Shown in pieces: positions 45,501 through 56,935 of a stretch of 64,000 nucleotides of DNA (the first letter of the stretch is position 1; each line of letters starts with the position of its first letter). The stretch lies in the NCBI GenBank assembly GCA_038087875.1, contig CM075991.1, positions 6,262,001 through 6,326,000 of the forward strand, in the 5' to 3' direction. The translations under genes were made by a program, and so were the position numbers. The notes below the pieces were generated by a model. That model saw only the letters and a program-made list of their open reading frames with translations. It did no database searches and was not told the DNA's origin. Source of the stretch: Malacoraja senta. Taxonomy: Eukaryota.

Positions 45501-48271
45501 TAAGTAAGTTTATTGGCCAAGTATTCACATACAAGGAATTTGCCTTGGTGCTCCGCCCACAAGTAACAACATGACACAGTGACAGTTACGAATGACTCAG
45601 AAAACACTAAACATCAATAATAATAAAACATTAATGATAAAACACCATTGATCAAGCATGTGAACCAACAAAATGCCAGATCAAAGGGAGGCTACAGATT
45701 TTTGGCTGTTGAGTAGAGCAACTACTCATGGATAAAAACTGATTTTATGTCTGGCTGTGGCAGCTTTGACAGTCCAGAGTCGCCTTCCAGAGGGAAGTGA
45801 TTCAAAGAGTTTGTGGCCAGGGTGAGAGGGATCAGAGATGATCTTGCCCGCTCGCTTCCTGGCCCTTGCAGATCATTACATTGTAACATCAATTTTTTTG
45901 TGAGCGAAAGGGATTGTTTTACCTCAAGGGATTGTTTGGATATAAGAGTTGAGGCAGCAACTTTACCAGCAGTGTCACTGACATCCATCATATTTTTATA
46001 TTTCCACACAAAGGTGTGTCCCCATAGAGGTAATCGGTAACAGGGAGCAACTTGTGCCCACTCATGAACAAATTCATTTTTGCTCCACCCAGGATTTTGC
46101 TGACACCATTCCCGGGCATGGTGGGATTATGGACCGCTTTGATTGTCAGTATCTCATGGCGACTTTTGTTAATGTCTACATTGCCAGCTTCATAAGGTAA
46201 ATGCTGCTCATTTGAATCTAATACTTACTGGAGCTCAGCACTCTGATGCAGAATCTTCACAAAATATAAGCATTAACTGTGAGGCCTTTTTCTGGATAAG
46301 GTGCAATTTTGAAAGCAAGTTACAAAAATGTATAAGATATTTTTATAGTAGCAAAAAATTGTAATGCTATGTTGAAAGAACAATGGTTTGAAAAGTGGAT
46401 GCAACTTGCTCCTGGTGCTGTGAAATGTATATCTCTTGTTCTAATACTTTACCGCTTACCCATATCAACTTCTGAAGCCTCCCCAATCAAACACACCATT
46501 CCTCCAACAATCGTCCTTGTACTCTTTGCCCTTCTAACAGGAGCCATGCCTTCACCTCTCATGGGCCTTCCTTTCACCTGATGCTTAACCCATTCCCTGT
46601 CTTTCTTTAAGGCCCAGTTACCTTTGTGTGAAGTCATCTCCGTGACCCAATGTAATTCTTTCTTGTCCTACATTAATGATGCTTTAAACCTGGTGCTTCA
46701 CCGATTCCCTGTCTTTCCTTAAGACCCAGGTCGTCTTTGTTGAGCCAGTGTCAATTTGTCCTGTCCTCCGTTGATAATGCTTTGTTAATGCACGTCCTTT
46801 TTTCTGCCCTTGCAATTAGCCTGGAAGTTTGGTAGCAGTTTGCTTCCCTCTCCCAGTTGCCCACCAGAGGCAACTAATGTCATTATTTAAACCTGACTCT
46901 TGCCAAGCAGTGGCTGGTATATTCTGGGCTTAACTGCAAGTGGCCCTGTGTCACTTCGCAGCGTGTAGAATGTTGCAGGTTCAAGCCTTGCTCCATGAAC
47001 TTGAGCATAAACTCAGGTTGATATCCCAGTAAAGGACTGAGGGAGCCACATTGTCACATTTTGGACAAGCTGCTCAACCAAGGCACCATGGATCCTCTCA
47101 AATGTACAGTTTCAATTGAGTGCTAAAGAGAAGGGCAATTCTCCTTGATGCCTTCCGTTGTATTTATCCCCAAACCATTGGCTCTAAAAACACAGACTGT
47201 TTATAGTTCTATCAAGCATTTTGTGAGAGCGTATTGCATGCAACTTGTCTGCTCTGTTTCCCACAACGCAACCATGGCGGCACTGAGATATTATTGGTCA
47301 TGTCATGTTTATTATTGTCATGTATACCGAGATACAGTGAAAAGCTATTGTTTGCGTGCTTTCCATATTAATCATAAGTACAATCAAGCCATACACAAGT
47401 ACAACAGGTAGTGCAATGTGAAAAATATCAGAATGCAGAATATAATTTTACTACATTGTAGCGTTACAGTTACAGAGAAAAAGTGCAGTGTCTGCAATGA
47501 AGGTAGGTTGGAAGATTGGGACTACCCCCTGATCTATGGGAGGACCATTCAGTAGTCCACTAACAGAGGGGAAGAAGCAGTTCCTGAGTCTGGTGGTATA
47601 TGCTTTCAAACCTTTGCATCTTCTGCCCGATGGGAGAGGGGAAGAACAGATAATGACTATGGTGCTGAATGTCTTTTATTATGTTAGCTGCTTTCCCAAG
47701 GTAGTGTGAAATGTAGATGATCGTGATGGTGGGGAATCAGGTCTTCATTGGTACTTCCTGAATTACAAAAGGAAATAAAAATGGTGGTCATGTCCTCCCA
47801 ATGGGAGGCGCAAGGAACCGCAGATGCAAAAAAAAACTACACAAAGTGCTGGAGTAACTCAGCCGATCAGGCAGTCATGTCAACAATTGGTCCAGAGAGG
47901 ATAGAAGGCCACATGGGGTGTCTATGATGAGGAGGAATGTTGGAGACTGGAGAAGGGGTCGTTGCCAGTCTGAAGAAGGGTTCCGACTTGAAACGTCGCC
48001 TATCCATGTCCTCCAGAAATGCTGTGTGACCCGTTGAGTTACTCCAGCACTTTTGTGTTGGTTTTTTTTCTCCAAATAGGGGTGTGCAGCTGGAACTGGG
48101 AAGGGGAGCTTAAAATGTATTAAACTGTTTGTTTGGTTGTTTTTTAGGGGGCCAAATCCTAGTAAACTGCTGCAGCAGTTACTGGCACTCCGCTTGGACC
48201 AACAGTTGCAGATATTCAAGAGCCTGAAAGCCAATCTGCTCCAGAAGGGTATGCTGCCTGCAGGGGCGTAG
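18411..48271 (+). CDS. CDS2: CDS2, phosphatidate cytidylyltransferase 2 (CDP-diacylglycerol synthase 2), 13 exons, ~437 aa if the exon 2 frameshift is a single extra base
   Basis: GT-AG exons of 57/123/97/98/140/59/83/88/69/153/120/104/124 nt. Motifs [12 protein letters not shown] and [29 protein letters not shown] are present. Head-to-head position with PCNA supports CDS2 rather than CDS1. Confidence 0.96.
18524..19000. repeat. C/T-rich low-complexity tract (G-rich on the - strand)
   Basis: (CCCCCCAT)n-like runs and repeated CTCTGGTTGCCCC units at the start of CDS2 intron 1. Confidence 0.8.
19855..21400 (-). mobile_element. Degraded CR1-group LINE 3' region with a younger CR1 3' fragment nested at ~20707-21200
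   Basis: Nested part reads [42 protein letters not shown] (CR1 ORF2 end); the outer part is a decayed RT C-terminus. Confidence 0.65.
21567..21689 (+). CDS. CDS2: CDS2 exon 2 (123 nt as assembled; contains an apparent frameshift)
   Basis: tttag|GAA CCA GAA... The 3' part reads [21 protein letters not shown](R)|gtatag in a different frame from the 5' part. Confidence 0.85.
22231..22327 (+). CDS. CDS2: CDS2 exon 3 (97 nt)
   Basis: gacag|A TGG AAG AAT TGG TGG...ATG ATC|gtaagt; [32 protein letters not shown]. Confidence 0.96.
25352..25680 (+). mobile_element. Penelope-like element 3' fragment with inverted terminal piece
   Basis: [17 protein letters not shown] followed by the terminal repeat; inverted repeat start at ~25352-25400. 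Confidence 0.8.
25572..25599 (+). ncRNA. Minimal type I hammerhead ribozyme core (PLE-associated)
   Basis: CTGAAGA-A-GGGTC(TC)GACCC-GAAAC-GTC: conserved boxes, stem II, ACGT palindrome, GUC triplet. Confidence 0.65.
26496..26523 (-). ncRNA. Minimal type I hammerhead ribozyme core (PLE-associated)
   Basis: Reverse complement CTGAAGAAGGGTCTTGACCCGAAACGTC. Confidence 0.6.
26788..26845. repeat. (GT)n/(GC)n microsatellite
   Basis: Alternating purine-pyrimidine run. Confidence 0.9.
27108..27205 (+). CDS. CDS2: CDS2 exon 4 (98 nt)
   Basis: cttag|GTT CTA TGT...AGC TG|gtgagc; [33 protein letters not shown]. Confidence 0.96.
27793..28310. mobile_element. Penelope-like element remnant (minus-strand ORF end flanked by inverted terminal repeats)
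   Basis: Same endonuclease tail on the - strand (~28020-28160); repeat on the + strand at ~28247-28310. Confidence 0.75.
28251..28278 (+). ncRNA. Minimal type I hammerhead ribozyme core (PLE-associated)
   Basis: ggt-CTGAAGA-A-GGGTC(CC)GACCC-GAAAC-GTC-acc; GGT/ACC gives a short stem I. Confidence 0.65.
29791..30626 (-). mobile_element. CpG-rich non-autonomous retroelement with Rex1/Babar-like tail
   Basis: Minus strand starts GGTGGCGCCATCG and ends AAATTTCACTGCAC...GTGACAATAAA plus (TGTCCTT)n; a related 5' end lies at ~41060-41196. Confidence 0.5.
30905..31560 (-). mobile_element. CR1 LINE 3' fragment
   Basis: [17 protein letters not shown]...LVRQNLEYC motif of CR1 ORF2. Confidence 0.7.
31770..32068 (-). 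mobile_element. V-SINE/HE1-like SINE
   Basis: Full head and body as in the other copies. Confidence 0.8.
32369..32508 (+). CDS. CDS2: CDS2 exon 5 (140 nt)
   Basis: gatag|G TAT TTC...TTG GCA G|gtactg; [46 protein letters not shown]. Confidence 0.96.
33009..33198. mobile_element. Palindromic Penelope-derived insertion with 12-bp TSD
   Basis: TSD GGAGTAACTCTG at 32997-33008 and 33199-33210. Confidence 0.75.
34791..34849 (+). CDS. CDS2: CDS2 exon 6 (59 nt)
   Basis: cctag|GA TTC TGC...TAC ATG|gtatgt; [20 protein letters not shown]. Confidence 0.96.
35296..35849 (+). mobile_element. Internally deleted Tc1/mariner element with TA TSD
   Basis: TA|CAGTGCCCTCCATAA... with a >100-bp TIR matching 35741-35849|TA; residual transposase start [22 protein letters not shown] at 35655. 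Confidence 0.85.
37291..37373 (+). CDS. CDS2: CDS2 exon 7 (83 nt)
   Basis: cacag|TTT GGG TGG...ATT TG|gtatgt; [28 protein letters not shown]. Confidence 0.96.
39196..39283 (+). CDS. CDS2: CDS2 exon 8 (88 nt)
   Basis: ctcag|G TTC ATT...ATC AAG|gtcagt; [29 protein letters not shown]. Confidence 0.96.
40413..40481 (+). CDS. CDS2: CDS2 exon 9 (69 nt)
   Basis: tgcag|CTG TCT CCC...CTT TTG|gtgaga; [23 protein letters not shown]. Confidence 0.96.
40748..41035. mobile_element. Single-ended copy of the same Tc1 family
   Basis: TA|CAGTGCTCTCCATAACGTTTGGGAC..., closely similar to the TIR at 35296. Confidence 0.75.
41886..42116. mobile_element. Palindromic Penelope-derived insertion (hammerhead cores with GUU triplet on both arms)
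   Basis: Inverted arms centred on CAGACAACTAAATCTG. Confidence 0.8.
42293..42509. mobile_element. PIF/Harbinger-like MITE
   Basis: 26-bp TIR AAGGGCCTGTCCCACTTTCACGACCT / AGGTCGTGAAAGGGGGACAGGCCCTT. Confidence 0.75.
42601..43070 (-). mobile_element. Penelope-like element 3' fragment: GIY-YIG endonuclease C-terminus plus terminal repeat with hammerhead core
   Basis: [15 protein letters not shown]...[11 protein letters not shown]...[25 protein letters not shown], followed by CTGAAGAAGGGTCTCGACCCGAAACGTC. Confidence 0.85.
42664..42691 (-). ncRNA. Minimal type I hammerhead ribozyme core (PLE-associated)
   Basis: Reverse complement CTGAAGAAGGGTCTCGACCCGAAACGTC, downstream of the PLE ORF. Confidence 0.65.
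43085..43490 (-). mobile_element. Rex1/Babar-type LINE 3' fragment
   Basis: [14 protein letters not shown]...[22 protein letters not shown]...IRDPHPP. Confidence 0.75.
43660..43812 (+). CDS. CDS2: CDS2 exon 10 (153 nt)
   Basis: tgcag|CTG TCC TAC...GGC TGG|gtatgg; [51 protein letters not shown]. Confidence 0.96.
44044..44163 (+). CDS. CDS2: CDS2 exon 11 (120 nt)
   Basis: tgcag|CGG TCG ATC...ATC AAG|gtattt; [40 protein letters not shown]. Confidence 0.96.
46093..46196 (+). CDS. CDS2: CDS2 exon 12 (104 nt)
   Basis: cccag|GAT TTT GCT...ATA AG|gtaaat; [35 protein letters not shown]. Confidence 0.96.
48148..48271 (+). CDS. CDS2: CDS2 exon 13, coding part to TAG
   Basis: tttag|G GGG CCA AAT CCT...[49 protein letters not shown]. 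Confidence 0.95.
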
Positions 48272-51200
48272 GACCGGGAGAATCACTGAAGTGGTTGCCG
48301 TAAAAAGCCTCAGGAAAGAGTCCAGCCAGTGACCTTTCTCTCAAACGCAGTGCGTCCATCTTACCCTACCTGGAATTTCCACATGTAATCGAGAGGTCCA
48401 TGCTCCTTTTGTAGCTAGAGCAGTGCATTCTTTATTGGTGCTCTGGTTGATGGGATTAATAGGTAGCAGCATGTTTAATCATGGGATCGCAGCTCATTAG
48501 GAGTAGGCACATTAATGATGGCCACTGACCCGTGATTAATCATCAAAGCGACACACGGATGTTTTTTTTGTTTTAAATGACTCGCCATTGCTGTTTACAG
48601 GGAAAGATCGGGAGGCTGACTCTGAACTCCGTATAAATCATGGATTCTGCTCCAGTTGAATCCCAATCCGAGCCTGTCCCGCACCAGTGCAGGAGTCTCG
48701 CGTTACAAGTCCAACTGATTGTCCATGATTTATTTGTTGCTCAGCTCAAATGTACGCTTTAGGGTGGAGTAGATGTAGTATTGGGTCTTGCCTTGACCAT
48801 GTAGTTTGTGAAGAACCTGCTGTTTTACATTTGCATTCATAGGGCTTCTTGAGCCACCTGAAGGAGCTTAGAATATGATGTTTACACTGGCTGTCTCGTA
48901 GGAAGTAGAGGAAAGTCTAGTAGAAACAAGTCGCGTTTTGCATGCTGGAGCGTTTGCAGTGAGGTGTCGGGAAGAGACTTAAGTGAGGAGCAATATTCTC
49001 CAGATACTTGTCAATTTATTGCAAACTATTCAACTTGCAACGTGAATGGTATCATAACCCTGCTCAAAACATTGCCTTTCTTTTGAAATGTTCATGGGTG
49101 GCGTGGTCCTTTTGAGACGAGCATCTCCATTTTATCAGATCCCGGCGACCCCATCACTTAGTAAGGGAAGTGTTAGCTTTTACAATTATATTCAATCAAA
49201 AAAAAAATCTGTGCACTCAAGTATTATTTAGATATTAACCTGTAATATTAGCTGTTTTCTTTGTGAGGTCTTTCAACAAAATGGCTGCATTGTGATTTCA
49301 CACCACTTCATGCCAATAATTTATTCTGGGAGTATAGTTTCAAAGATTGCACTTGACCTCTGGTGTCTGAACCAGATGACTGCTCTTCACGTAGATGCCA
49401 TCTACAACCTGTTCAGCTATGTGGGAAATCACTATGAAGCTTGCTATTTTTTTTTCTCTGTTCCCCCCCCCACCCACTTCTCATCATTCCTCGTCCCCCT
49501 CATCCACCCCCACCTCACTTGCCCAAATGACCATTCAGGCACCAGGTAACAAACAGATGACCCAGCGGATTTACCTTTGTTCCAAACAAGAAAAAGCAGG
49601 GTTAACCGTACAGCCTCTGTGAGATCGATCCTGTCAGTTCAGTGCAGGCAGCTTGTATCTGAGATGGGGATGGAATGATGATGGGAGGGAAGGTCAGGTG
49701 CATGACTGTAAACCGGGTCACCTTCTGCTTGCTAATACACACGACAGCTAAAGCTAACCGTGGGGGAGGGAGTGACGGCCATTTCTCAGGAGCGCCTAAG
49801 GACTACATCATGCCAAAGGGCTGTTGTGGAAGATTCCACTTGACGAATAGGACTGTGGAATATAATGTTACTCGTTGACTCTGGTATGAACCTGAGGGAT
49901 GCCAGAAGGCTCAATAATTCAGGGAGAATGAACAAATGATTATTTTTGTGCAAATTATTATTTTATAAATATTTCAACAAAATCTAAGAAGTAAAGGTTT
50001 TCCGAACCCAAGCCTTTTGGTTTTCTGCCCTGTTAATGTATACATTGAATTCCCCACTGAAGGTTTAAAATACACCAAACATTTGTCAATAGCCAATATT
50101 CAGTATCACCCAAAGTGACCGTTAATAATTAGTAGTTGAAGCTCTAAAGATTTTACAAAGAGCTGTTGTGTTGACAATCCTTATATAAATTGTGGAGATG
50201 ATACATCTCTATGAATAATTGTAGACATCTTCAGAATGAACATTGACCTGCTGTGAAATGTACTTCATTATGCAGTTCATGCATTGTACTATTTTTAATT
50301 GTTAAGGGAGGGAGACCAGTTTGAGTGGACATACGCTGTGCCACTAATTACCATCTACTTGTTTTATTTCCCCTCTTGTTAGCCTTCATTCCAGAATTGT
50401 TATTAGTAGTCCAGCTGTACTGAGTGTAGAAGGGAACAGGGTGAGAGGGAGAGAGAGGACTGTGTTGAGAAATATTGTGAATTACTGAGCACAATTGTTA
50501 AAGATCCCCACATACTGAACCTGCGGTGTGATCTTCCATCAATGTTTCTTCCTCTGGGGTGGGTCAAAGTGAGATAGTTTACTACCAAGAGTAGATTTAG
50601 GACATTAATAATGATGGAATAGGAATGAGAAGGACTCAGGAATTGTCTCAGTCTGGTCTGTTTTTACTGAGAAGCTGTTTTCTAATTTCTTTCAAATCAT
50701 TTGACTAAGTTCACTGGGAAAGATAGCCACTAGCTTCATTGATCTGGAGAGGTCCTACTTTGAAGTTGCTGCACTTGGAACAGCATAAATGACTTTGAAC
50801 CATTATAAGTGTTGGCATTTAGAGAGTGACAATGACGTGAGGTGACTTATTACTGGCCAAGCCTGACTAGCACAAAGGTTTTTTACCTCAGCTTTAAAAT
50901 ATAAGAGCCAGCAGCATGTAACATTAATTTGTTGAGGTAGAGAGGACTGAAGCAAGGATTCACTCTCAGTACCCTTCAGTATGTCTTGCAACTGCACTGA
51001 TATGTCACTGCAGTTTCCTCATCTTGAAGTAGATACCTGGATAAGGAAAGAAGGATGAATTGGTCTTTACAATGACCAACTGTCTTTCCAATTCTCGTCT
51101 CAATCCACAGTGTCGAAACAAAGAACTGCAGATGCAGGTTTATACCAAAGATAGACACGAGGTGCTGAGCACAATTGTTAAAGTGAGTCTGACAGCATCT

Positions 51201-53610
51201 CCAGAGAGTTACTGGAGCATTGAGTTACTCCAGCACTTTGTGTCTATCTCTTTTCAATCCATCCTGACTGATATGACTTACCAAAACTTGTTGGACTATT
51301 GTAACTTAATTTTATTCAGCATCTTTGTGCCAGTTTCAAGCAGGGTCTGTAAAGGTTATTAATTTTTGGAAATCTTGTGTTGGAGACACTGGTGGGATTC
51401 ATGTGGGAGAAAATTGACTAAGCATAGTGAGCCTGTTGTGCTCATCTCCTGATTTATGGGTCCAATGACTTCACCCTGGAGGTGAGTATAACTGGCAGCC
51501 TGTGTTGCCACAGTCACCTGTTTCTTGTTGGCAGCCAAAGAAAGAGCGTCTTCCCCACAACACTCCCAACCTATTTTCTAATTGTCTTCATTTAGTAAAA
51601 TGTATCAAATAGCATTCTTGAGATCGCCAACCTAGAAAATTCCCATTGTTTTTTGACATTTGCTGGAATTGCACACTGAAGCCAATTTCTTTCTCTATAT
51701 GGGAGTGGGGGGCCAGAGAATAGGAGCTGATTTGGTCATGTATCAGCATCACCTGCAGTGATCTGACGAACGTTCTACGAATTTCAGCAACTTAGCTATG
51801 ATTTCTCCTTAAAGCAAGACTGACGATTGAATAATGTAATCTGTGCCACACCGAATCCTTTTGCAGCCACACGTATGTTGCAATTACCTTCCCTTGAAAT
51901 ATTTTATCTCTCATTATTGGTCTGTGAACATAACGGCAGAATTTCTGCAATACATGAATGCATAACATTTTGATAGTCTGTTACTTTGATATACTGCGAA
52001 TTAATAATATTTCTACTGTTTACTTTTCTGATTGAATATTGCTAGAGGGTACGCAGTTATTGCAAAGGTTTGTGCTTAATTTATGAGCAGAAGCCTGTGA
52101 AGTTGTTGCATCTATTAAAATCTATTAAATATTTTGAACAAACCAGAAGATATTTTGAACAAACTTTGAGAAGGAATCAGTTTTTTAAAAAAATCAGCTG
52201 AAGAATCAGAGTGGTATAAAATGAGTCAACTTTTTTGTCAGCTTGATGAAGGATATTACAATTTTTTTTCCTCTGTTATAAAAATGTATCCTTTTAAAAT
52301 ATATTCCTATTACATTTGAATTGAAGTTTTTGTTGATTCAGACATATCCTATAGCTCTGCAAACTATATACCGTACACGCTGTCTTCAATGAATATTTTG
52401 TGTATTTAAGTTCATAAAAGGAATATCTGGGACGTGATTCTATCTCAGACTCAATAATGTTCTGAAAATCAGTCTGCTACCTTTCCATGAGTGTCAATCT
52501 GAACAGCATCAATGATCTTCCGAAAATGAACAAGTGCTAAATGTGCCTCTCCCACACGGGACTGTCAATGTAGGATGTTTATCAAAATGATACACAAACC
52601 GTCTGAAATAATGACAATCCCTTAAATATCTTAAAAGTCCTCTCTTGCAGTGTGCCCTAATATTATTGAGCGATTTAAGTTTGTTTGAATGGAGTATATT
52701 TTTTGCCAAAGTATCCCTTAGTCTTAGATAATAGTGCACAAATACTTAATACATGGCATGAAATTGCTGTCCCCTGGCATAAAATACATGCTTAATGCCT
52801 TGGTAGGACAGCTGAGAAGATTCAAAACATTGGATCAGAAACTGAAAAATGGTAGTTGGGAGAGATTTGGTTGCAAGCTTAATTATGGGGTTGCAGAGGT
52901 CCAAGAATTTGATGATGTTTCTCTGAGCCTCGAGCAAGTGACCTAGCCCCTCAGAGAAGTGGACATTAAGTGTTGTGATTACTCTGGAGAGATATTGAAG
53001 TGAATCATGCAGGGGATATGCACGAGTTGTACACTGGCCTGTGGTAAATATAGGTGATGTGCAAGTCAACACTACACCCAAACACTTCAGCTTCCACACT
53101 GCAATCTGTGGTGCCTGCAGAAACGTTATTTCCTCCCTCTTGGTATGAGAGATGCTAATGAGAATCAGGAAGCAGTCATGAATGTCTTTTTTAATTCACA
53201 GAGGATATTTCAAAACGAAAACGACATCTAACAAAGGTGTTGGGTGTGAGGGTGCTTGCAAGAACTGTATTCATTTAAAGTTTAGTCACGCAAAGTGTCT
53301 TGTGGAAGCTATGAAACATGTTTTTATTCTTTAAACATTGTCCATGCACTGTTGTACAGTATCTTTAGATGAATAACATGTGAGGAAATGCTGTGTCTGA
53401 TCTCAGTGAGGTTCGTCTTTCTGCCCCTTGCCTGGATTCAGTAGTGTAAAGTAGCACCAGCCAATACTCTTTACATTTTTACACTCTACTGATGTATAGG
53501 TATTTGTTTTTACATTTCCAAAATATGAGTCTGTTGATCGATAGATGTATTAACATGAATACAGAATGCAGTTTGCTATACTTCTAAATAAATAAATGCT
53601 ACAGTAGCTC
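48272..53610 (+). other. Probable long CDS2 3' UTR; tandem AATAAA at 53587-53596 (alternative signal at 55212-55217)
   Basis: About 5 kb almost free of the repeats that fill the introns, AT-rich, ending in AAATAAATAAA. Confidence 0.5.
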
Positions 53611-53768
53611 AAAATCTGTTAACGAATGTGAGAAAGATGTAATGTGACATTTCAATGCCTGGAGTAGTGAGACAGTATTTGCAGCTGGTGGATGTCTTGT
53701 ATAGAGCTGATGCATAGTGAGATGGTATCATGCCCACACAATGGAAGGGACAGCAAACATGGGATATA

Positions 53769-53989
53769 TAGCAGGACACAAAGTGCTGGAGTAACTCAGT
53801 GGGTCAGGCGGAATCCCTTGAGAATGTGGATAGGATACGTTTTGAGCCTGGACCTTCAGTCCTTCAGACCTTCAGTCTGTCCCAAAATGTCACCTATCCA
53901 TGTTCTCCAAGAATGCTGACTGACCCATTGAGTTACTCCAGCACTTTGTGTCCTTTTTAGTGAACCTGCATCAACAGCACCTTGTTTGT
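53769..53989. mobile_element. Palindromic Penelope-derived insertion with 12-bp TSD
   Basis: TSD ACATGGGATATA at 53757-53768 and 53990-54001. Confidence 0.75.
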
Positions 53990-55507
53990 ACATGGGATAT
54001 AGTAGTATAGCTCTGGTACAATATGAAGTGCTGTCTAATGCTTTGTTGAGGGAATCATTGCTTTTCTTTGATAGTGCCCTGTGAGTGCATCCACTGTATA
54101 GATTTTACAGCTTTGACTCCCAAGCATGTAGAATGAAAACCATTTCCAAATAAGTTGAATGCTTCGAGCTGAGATCCAAAATAAAAATGTTGATGCTGAT
54201 TTTGTTTACAACTTGAACATTTCCTGAGGATATTTTTCAGAATTGATTTATCTTGCTTTATCTGCTGAGGCTGATGCCTCCAAATTCAAGTGTGGCTTTC
54301 CAGCTGACTATAATGAAGTGAAACGCTGCTCTTTGCTCCCTCTCTAGGGAATCACATCTTGCCAGGGCACAGATTGGGAATTGAAGCAGGGAATCATAGC
54401 CTGGCTTTGCACATTATCGGATACTAAATTCAACAATGTTGTCAAAGTAGAAATCTACTTTTAATTACTCTCAAGCTTTAACAATTGTTGCATTAATCAA
54501 ATATGCTATTGCAATAAATTTATTTGTGGAATGTCTTGATATACAAAAAGGCATCATGTATAATTTGCACTCTACTTTCCTCACAGTCAGTGACCCGGGT
54601 ACAAAGCAAGTGTAGGGCATTAGAAGGGCTGCGACACAAATGGAAGTGTGAGTTGTGTAGACTGAGCGATGTATGGAGTGCCAATATCTAGGGGGAAGTG
54701 TGGAGCTGTAGATGTCAGAGCAGGTGAATGAGGGTGATCTTCCACTTTGGATGAATGATTTATTTTCAACCATCAAGACAATAAATCCAAATTTCTAATA
54801 TGAGATGTGAGCTCTTCCACTTGCCCAAGGGAAACTCTTTCAGTAATCTTAACAGTTCTGCATAAAAGAAGGAAGCTGCTTCTAACTTTGAAGCCTCTTG
54901 AAGACTAGACACAGCATTCCCTTTGGATTAGATTGCAGCACGGACTAATGCACACACTTAGTTAGGTAATGTGCTTGAGTAAATTGCTTATTTTCTTAAT
55001 GCTAAATATTTGTCTGTGTGAAGTATAAAACATTCAGTTCAAGTGAAACCTGCCATGTGTTACTGTACATGTCTGTATTTGTATTGAACATTTCAACACA
55101 TGTGTTCATATGTGTGCGTGTATGTGCATATATAGTATAGATGCGCTAACACACACATGTATGTGTATATTTGATGTTGTTAAAGAGTACACATTATTTA
55201 TATATGTTCGAAATAAAAAAATCCTATTAAATGACAAAGGAGTAATTCATTCTTTTTCACCTTGCAGCTGCAATTTTTTTATAAAGACTACCAGATAATT
55301 TTTGAACTTTAGCAAAGGAAATCTTAACTAGTGTAGTCTTTGTGATTCCATTACCACAGCCCTGTGTCCCACAAGCCGAGCAACCTACAAATACCCAGGT
55401 AAACATCACGGATTATACAAACAATTACAAAAAATATGATAGAAGGTAGAAACACAGAGCTGCAGATGCTGGTTTATGCCAAAGATAGACACATAATGCT
55501 GGTCCAA

Positions 55508-55745
55508 TGCCCCTGTCCCACTTAGGAAACCTGAACGGAAACCTCTGGAGACTTTGCGCCCCACCCAAGGTTTCCGTGCGGTTCCCGGAGGTTTTTGTCA
55601 GTCTCCCTAATGGTCAAAAGTGGTTTCTGCTTCTTCTGTGTTCCGGCGATTATTTCAAAAAATTCAAAACCGGCCGCCACTGAAAATAGGTTGCTGTTTT
55701 AAAAATCGGTAATTTTTTAGTTGAAGCCGGTTGCGATGCTAGTTG
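55508..55745. mobile_element. Truncated PIF/Harbinger-like element nested in a Penelope palindrome
   Basis: Begins GCCCCTGTCCCACTT as in the other Harbinger-like TIRs; the second TIR is not seen. Confidence 0.5.
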
Positions 55746-56935
55746 AACTCTGAAGTGGAAAGGGGATTGAGCTTGATGACCCAATTGGATGTAATGTTTT
55801 TAACTAGATCAGTCTTAAGAAGGATCTTGACCCGAAACGTCACCCATTCCTTCTCTCCAGAGATGCTGTCCCGCTGAGTTATTTCAGCATTTTGTGCTTA
55901 TCTATTTTTAACATTTGAGTTATGGCTATCAAACTGAAGACCTTTTTCTTCTAAAAAGGTCTTGTTAAACAATGCTTTTACAGTGTCTTTGAGGTGAGGC
56001 ATTGACTCACTAGGCTTCTAGGTCTGTGATGCAGATTATAATAATGATTATATATGATAATGATTCTTGATTTGTATGGGTGTCGGGGGTTAGTCAGAGA
56101 AGGCAGGAGAATGGGGTAAGAAGGGAAAGGTAGATCAGCCATGATTGAATGGCAGAGTAGACTTGATGGGCCAAAAGGCCTAATCCTGCTCCTATCACTT
56201 ATGGATGATGAAGGAGGCTGAGGGGTGACCTGATACAAATATATTAGATTGCAAACGGCTTAGGTAGTTAAGATCTTTATCTCTAGGTGGAGATGTCAAA
56301 AACAAGTGGCTGTACTTCAAGGTTTAATGCGAAAGATAATTTTTTTAAAGAGGATCTTAAGTGTATGTTTTCAACATAGCGAATGCTTGATATCTGGAAT
56401 GTGCCGCCAGAGAATGTGATGGAAACAAATACAATTACTGTGTTTAAGACGCATTTTTAGACAGGTTCAAATAGGCAAGGCACAAAAGGATGCAGTTCTA
56501 ATGTGGGTAACTGGATTATGTGCAGATGGGCAAGAAGGTAGCCTTGGATATGGTGGGCCAGGGAATCTGGCTCTGTTTCGTACAACTCTAATACACTATC
56601 TTTTTTATAAGTATATTGATAGTAGAGACCTGCACAGATGTGGTTCTATATAATTAGATGGTTCTATATGTGGGCTAAACGTGGTTCTATGTAATTAGAA
56701 CAACATGTCACATGTATTTAAATCTTCACACATTAAACACAACATACTGTTTTCCTGCCTTATTTACTTGCTGAATCACTATGATTTGTGCATTACCACA
56801 CTCGGGTCCCTCTGAACCACCTTTCAGGCCTTTCACCCATTTCCCTTTCAATTTTGTCCACCAACTTCACTCTGAGGCACCTCTGCATCTTTCTGATAAC
56901 CGATAGAGCCGGCTAACCTTGTGTATCATTGTAAT

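Noticed and set aside
18468..48147. Minor (U12) or non-canonical introns
   Set aside because: All PCNA and CDS2 junctions are GT-AG and none has the GTATCCTT donor.
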